In this document: piece by piece, positions 60,515 to 64,000 of the stretch
How the letters are laid out: every line of letters starts with the position of its first letter
Position numbering within the stretch: the first letter of the stretch is position 1
Assembly: GCA_046563655.1 (NCBI GenBank)
Contig: CM102285.1
Span: 7,626,001-7,690,000, forward strand
Direction of reading: 5' to 3'
Source: Yuukianura sp. NJ FZ-2021
Lineage: Eukaryota
Length of the DNA stretch: 64,000 bases
Translations under genes and position numbers: made by a program
Notes under the pieces: generated by a model
Told to the model about the DNA's origin: nothing
Databases searched by the model: none
What the model saw: only the letters and a program-made list of their open reading frames with translations

Positions 60515-61930
60515 TGAAACCTCCCCCAAAATCATCTACATAGAAATCACCTAAACTGAGCAGGATCTCTCTATATCTTCTAGATCTGTATCATATAGAC
60601 TCAATCCGAATCTCCTTGATAATAAAAGCTAAATTCTCCTTTCTCACCTTTGGACTTGAATCTAACTTGCTGGTCTAGCACCAGCTTCCGGGGTTTCATT
60701 TAGTTCTTAGATTGGTTGGTGAAAGTCGTTAGAGAGAAGTGAAAGCGTTTTGATCATTTGTGGGCAGAGCCCAGCAGGAGGACCTGAGCACTTACTTAGG
60801 TGTAATATGTTTCGAACATACCTGAGGTCTGGCCTTGCCTTGGCGCTGCCTCTAATTCAGATGTCCGCTGGGTTGACCTCTTGACCTCTGGGTTGACCTG
60901 TGGGCTCCGGTTGGTGGTGGCTCGGAAGGAAGATGCTCGTCAGAAGTTAGAAGTTGAAAGAAAGTGAAAGTTGAAAGTAGACGCGAATGAAGTGACTATG
61001 TTTTTAATTCTGAGATTTGAAAGTGAAAGGGCCAAGATTGGCCAAGTGCCTACTGCTATTTACTTAAGAGCTTAGCGAGCTACTGGACAACTGACCAAGA
61101 GGTCGGACTACCGATCCTCTATTTATCCCTAAAGATTAGAAGATCTGGACATGCAAGAACATGATCTTCGAACTCATTAACTAATAAACATGTCTAACTA
61201 ATCTACACTTTGTAACTACAAAGTTTCAAAATCATCAAGTTTCTAGTCTTTTTCTAATCTATGTTCTTACCAAAAAGACATAAACTTTGTCTTAAAATTT
61301 GAATTAGTAATGCTAACTAAGTGAAACTTAAGTCACGTCAGATTACTCATGACTTGACTTTTACTGTTGATTGCGAAAAGTCATAAACTTTTCGCAGCTG
61401 ATAAGGGTGATCAGTCAGCACCCTGGGGTCGTCTCCCTCCTGATTAGAGAACACGCGAAAAAGGAATGAACTAATTCATTCCCTTCTCCCGTGCTCCAGT
61501 GAGAAATCTGCCAATCAATACTTTAAAATTGATTGACAGCTTTCTCCACTGTTACACTGGTCAGTGACCACTAACTGGTCATGACCACTAACTGGTCAGG
61601 GCCACTAACTGGCCTCAAGAGGACGTAGAGCGTCCATTTGACCTTACGGTGACCCTTGGCTGGCAGAAGAAGATGAAGAGGACAGGCACGGCGTGGCAGG
61701 AGGATCTGCTGCTGCTGCTGACTGCATGAGAGCTGGAATCCGAGTGAGTGCTCGTGCAGCTCGTGCTTCTGCTTCTGCTCTTCTTCTTTTTTGAATTCGG
61801 GGAAGCGGGAAGCGGGGAAACACTTATGGGCATTGCCCTAACTTATATTTTTAACTCTTTTTAACTATTTTATGTTTTTAACTTAGCTTATATTTTTAAT
61901 TAGTTGTTAATTGAGGATCATATCCTCACA
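60515..61930 (-). mobile_element. LTR region between an upstream PPT and a downstream PBS (probably one 1416-bp LTR)
   Basis: TG at 61930 directly after PPT AGCGGGGAGGGGGTGA; CA at 60515 directly before the PBS; TATA-like ATAAATA (61126-61120), Inr TCAGTT (~61092), ATTAAA (~61005); TGACCACTAACTGGTCA repeats near 61560-61615. Confidence 0.65.
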
Positions 61931-62180
61931 TCACCCCCTCCCCGCTTTGTAGCTTTGCTACAAAGAGAGGAAGACAAGGGAAGACAAAAATTTTGGAATG
62001 AAAACAAATAAACAATGAAAATGAAACTTTGACAAAAATTTTGAAAACTAATTACTAGGAAATGGTGACAAGTGTCAAAAAATGAATTTAACTGAAAACT
62101 ACGGTGCTGAAGGCACTTAATACGGGACTCTAGTCCCATCTAATCTATCACTAGACAAACTGAGCACACAAATCGTCGCT

Positions 62181-62831
62181 TTAGGTTGTTTTGGCGTAAC
62201 GAGGGTTACTTTTCTGGTTCGTTTTGAATTGGTTTCTGCGCGGGGCTTTGCAAGTCGACGCATAGTGACCGGGCTGACAGCAACGTAGGCAATGTAGCTC
62301 CTTTTTAAGCGGAACTGGAGCGAATCTACGCGGAAACTGGCTCGTTTTGGATGGTTTCGCCGGAGGAGGAGGAGGAGGAGGTGGCAGATTTTGAATTGGC
62401 GGTGGAGGAGGAGGCGGCGGAGGCAAATTCTGAGGAACCATTGGAGGTGGGGGAGGCGGCGGAGGAGCCGGTTGACACTGGACCGTGACTGTAATGTCCG
62501 GGAGCCTTTCCTCTGGAGATTTAGGAGACGGAGACCTTGGTCGGCTCCAAAAATAAATGGAAGGCGGGAACTTCTCGCGCAGGACAGAATCGAGGTACAT
62601 GAGTTTGGAAGTCGTGAGGCCTCTGCCAGTTTTATGCCAGGAGGTAGGAATGGCTTCAATAATCGCAGGATTCAAGTTACGCTTGGCATAATAAACGATT
62701 TCAGAGTCTGTAGGCTTTCGCTGGAGAGCAGATTCTATTTTAGGGATCAAACGCTTCAGGAAATCAGTGACGATCTCTCCGTCCCACTGAGGAAAATCAA
62801 GTTTAGGTCTGGCTGATCGCTGAGAAGACAT
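62181..62831 (-). CDS. Accessory mini-Gag-like protein (capsid-CTD-like, polyproline, CCHC knuckle)
   Basis: 216 aa between pol and the PPT; QWDGEIVTDFLKRL (MHR-like), three polyproline runs, CLRCCQPGHYASTC. Confidence 0.75.
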   Translation of the reverse strand: MSSQRSARPKLDFPQWDGEIVTDFLKRLIPKIESALQRKPTDSEIVYYAKRNLNPAIIEAIPTSWHKTGRGLTTSKLMYLDSVLREKFPPSIYFWSRPRSPSPKSPEERLPDITVTVQCQPAPPPPPPPPMVPQNLPPPPPPPPPIQNLPPPPPPPPAKPSKTSQFPRRFAPVPLKKELHCLRCCQPGHYASTCKAPRRNQFKTNQKSNPRYAKTT

Positions 62832-62861
62832 GCTAAACCAACAAAAGAACAGAACGAAAAA

Positions 62862-64000
62862 TTAAATGCCTGCTGTACGATTACGTAACTGGTAACTACT
62901 TTGTACAGGTACTGGCTTGGTCTTAACGACTTTTGCATAGGTCATAGGCTCAGGTAATGGTTCTGAAGGGCGGGAAAAATATCTTTTCAAATTGACTATG
63001 TTATGTCTGCCTGCACTTTCCTCAGAACCAAACAACTTTAGGCCGTAAACTAATGGCGTAACCTTCTCCGAAATGACATAAGGGCCTTCCCACTTAAATG
63101 CAAACTTTTTCATGATTCCTTTAGCCTTGTCTGACTGTATGTGAGTGCGCAGAAGGACTAAATCACCAACCTCAAAGCTGTCTGACCTACGTTTTTGATT
63201 GTAGTACTTGGCCTGGGAAGCTTGCGACTTTTCTAAGTGTTCCCTGGCTAATCGATAGACTTTAGAGAGACGCTCTATCAGGGTCAATTGGTAGTCTGTC
63301 CACTCGGCAAATTCGTCGCTCTGAGAGTCGTCTAAGGCCAAATCAAAGGGAGTGGAAAGCTCACGACCGAAATTTAACATAGAGGGGCCAAAACCTGTCG
63401 AATCGCTGATCGCAGTACGCAAAGCCATGGCAACTTCTGGGAGATTCTCATCCCATTTGGAATGTTTACGTGCTACGTAGGCTCTAAGAATGGCAATGAC
63501 GTTCCGATTGACACGCTCGGTAATGTTCGCCTGAGGATGATAGGTCGAAATGAATTTTAGCTTAACCTGCCAAGTTTTGCAAAGTTTCTTAAACAACTCA
63601 GAAGTAAATTGAGAACCATTGTCACTAAGTAACGCTCTAGGCCTACCGAAACGACAAAATACTTCCTGCTCGAGCTTTTGAATAATCTGAGGAGTCGTAG
63701 CCTCTCTGAGGGGAAAAATCTCAACCCATTTCGTAAAATGATCTGTCACGACTAGCAAAAACGTATTTTGACGTTGAGTTTTCGTAAGGGGGCCTATCAA
63801 ATCAAGGGCTAACATATCCCATGGACCTCTAGTCTGGACACTTTGGAGCTCACCTACTGGTTTCGTAGTGGGATTTTTAGTCTTTTGACAAATGTCGCAG
63901 GACGTAACGAATTTGTAAATGTCCTCGTGCATACCAAACCAGAAGACTCGACGTAGTAATCGGTAAAGGGTCTTTCGGAAGCCCATGTGACCTGACTCGG
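62862..64000 (-). CDS. Gypsy/Ty3 integrase (3' end of pol, continues beyond the window)
   Basis: H..C..C zinc motif, LDLIGP, SDNGSQF, YHPQANITERVNR, GPY; resembles Osvaldo/Ulysses-type integrases. Confidence 0.95.
   Translation of the reverse strand, partial: ESGHMGFRKTLYRLLRRVFWFGMHEDIYKFVTSCDICQKTKNPTTKPVGELQSVQTRGPWDMLALDLIGPLTKTQRQNTFLLVVTDHFTKWVEIFPLREATTPQIIQKLEQEVFCRFGRPRALLSDNGSQFTSELFKKLCKTWQVKLKFISTYHPQANITERVNRNVIAILRAYVARKHSKWDENLPEVAMALRTAISDSTGFGPSMLNFGRELSTPFDLALDDSQSDEFAEWTDYQLTLIERLSKVYRLAREHLEKSQASQAKYYNQKRRSDSFEVGDLVLLRTHIQSDKAKGIMKKFAFKWEGPYVISEKVTPLVYGLKLFGSEESAGRHNIVNLKRYFSRPSEPLPEPMTYAKVVKTKPVPVQSSYQLRNRTAGI

Overview
AT-rich eukaryotic DNA, very likely arthropod/hexapod (insect-type tRNA primer sites, Beat and FAXDC2 remnants; a springtail is a guess). 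It is a dense transposon graveyard with no intact host gene. Contents: hAT, Harbinger and MULE-like MITEs; about ten Helentron/DINE-1-like non-autonomous elements (HINEs); a tRNA-containing TRIM (Helenus-like); a 4.9-kb element with 1.2-1.5-kb TIRs carrying a Polinton/Maverick major capsid gene and one small ORF; one truncated and one full-length BEL/Pao element; a solo LTR; a full-length CRE-clade non-LTR retrotransposon; and a Gypsy-type complex at the right end. Two systems stand out. (1) The CRE element has an RFX-type winged-helix domain where zinc fingers are expected, and it has inserted with an 11-bp TSD into an X-box-like palindrome that forms the terminal hairpin of a HINE. (2) An intact, intronless membrane-anchored matrix metalloproteinase ORF lies between a Gypsy PBS and a gag-like ORF, and a second mini-Gag ORF follows pol. 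Both accessory ORFs have a splice acceptor 1 nt before the ATG. Coordinates were counted by hand (allow a few bp) and family assignments come from motif recognition, not database searches.
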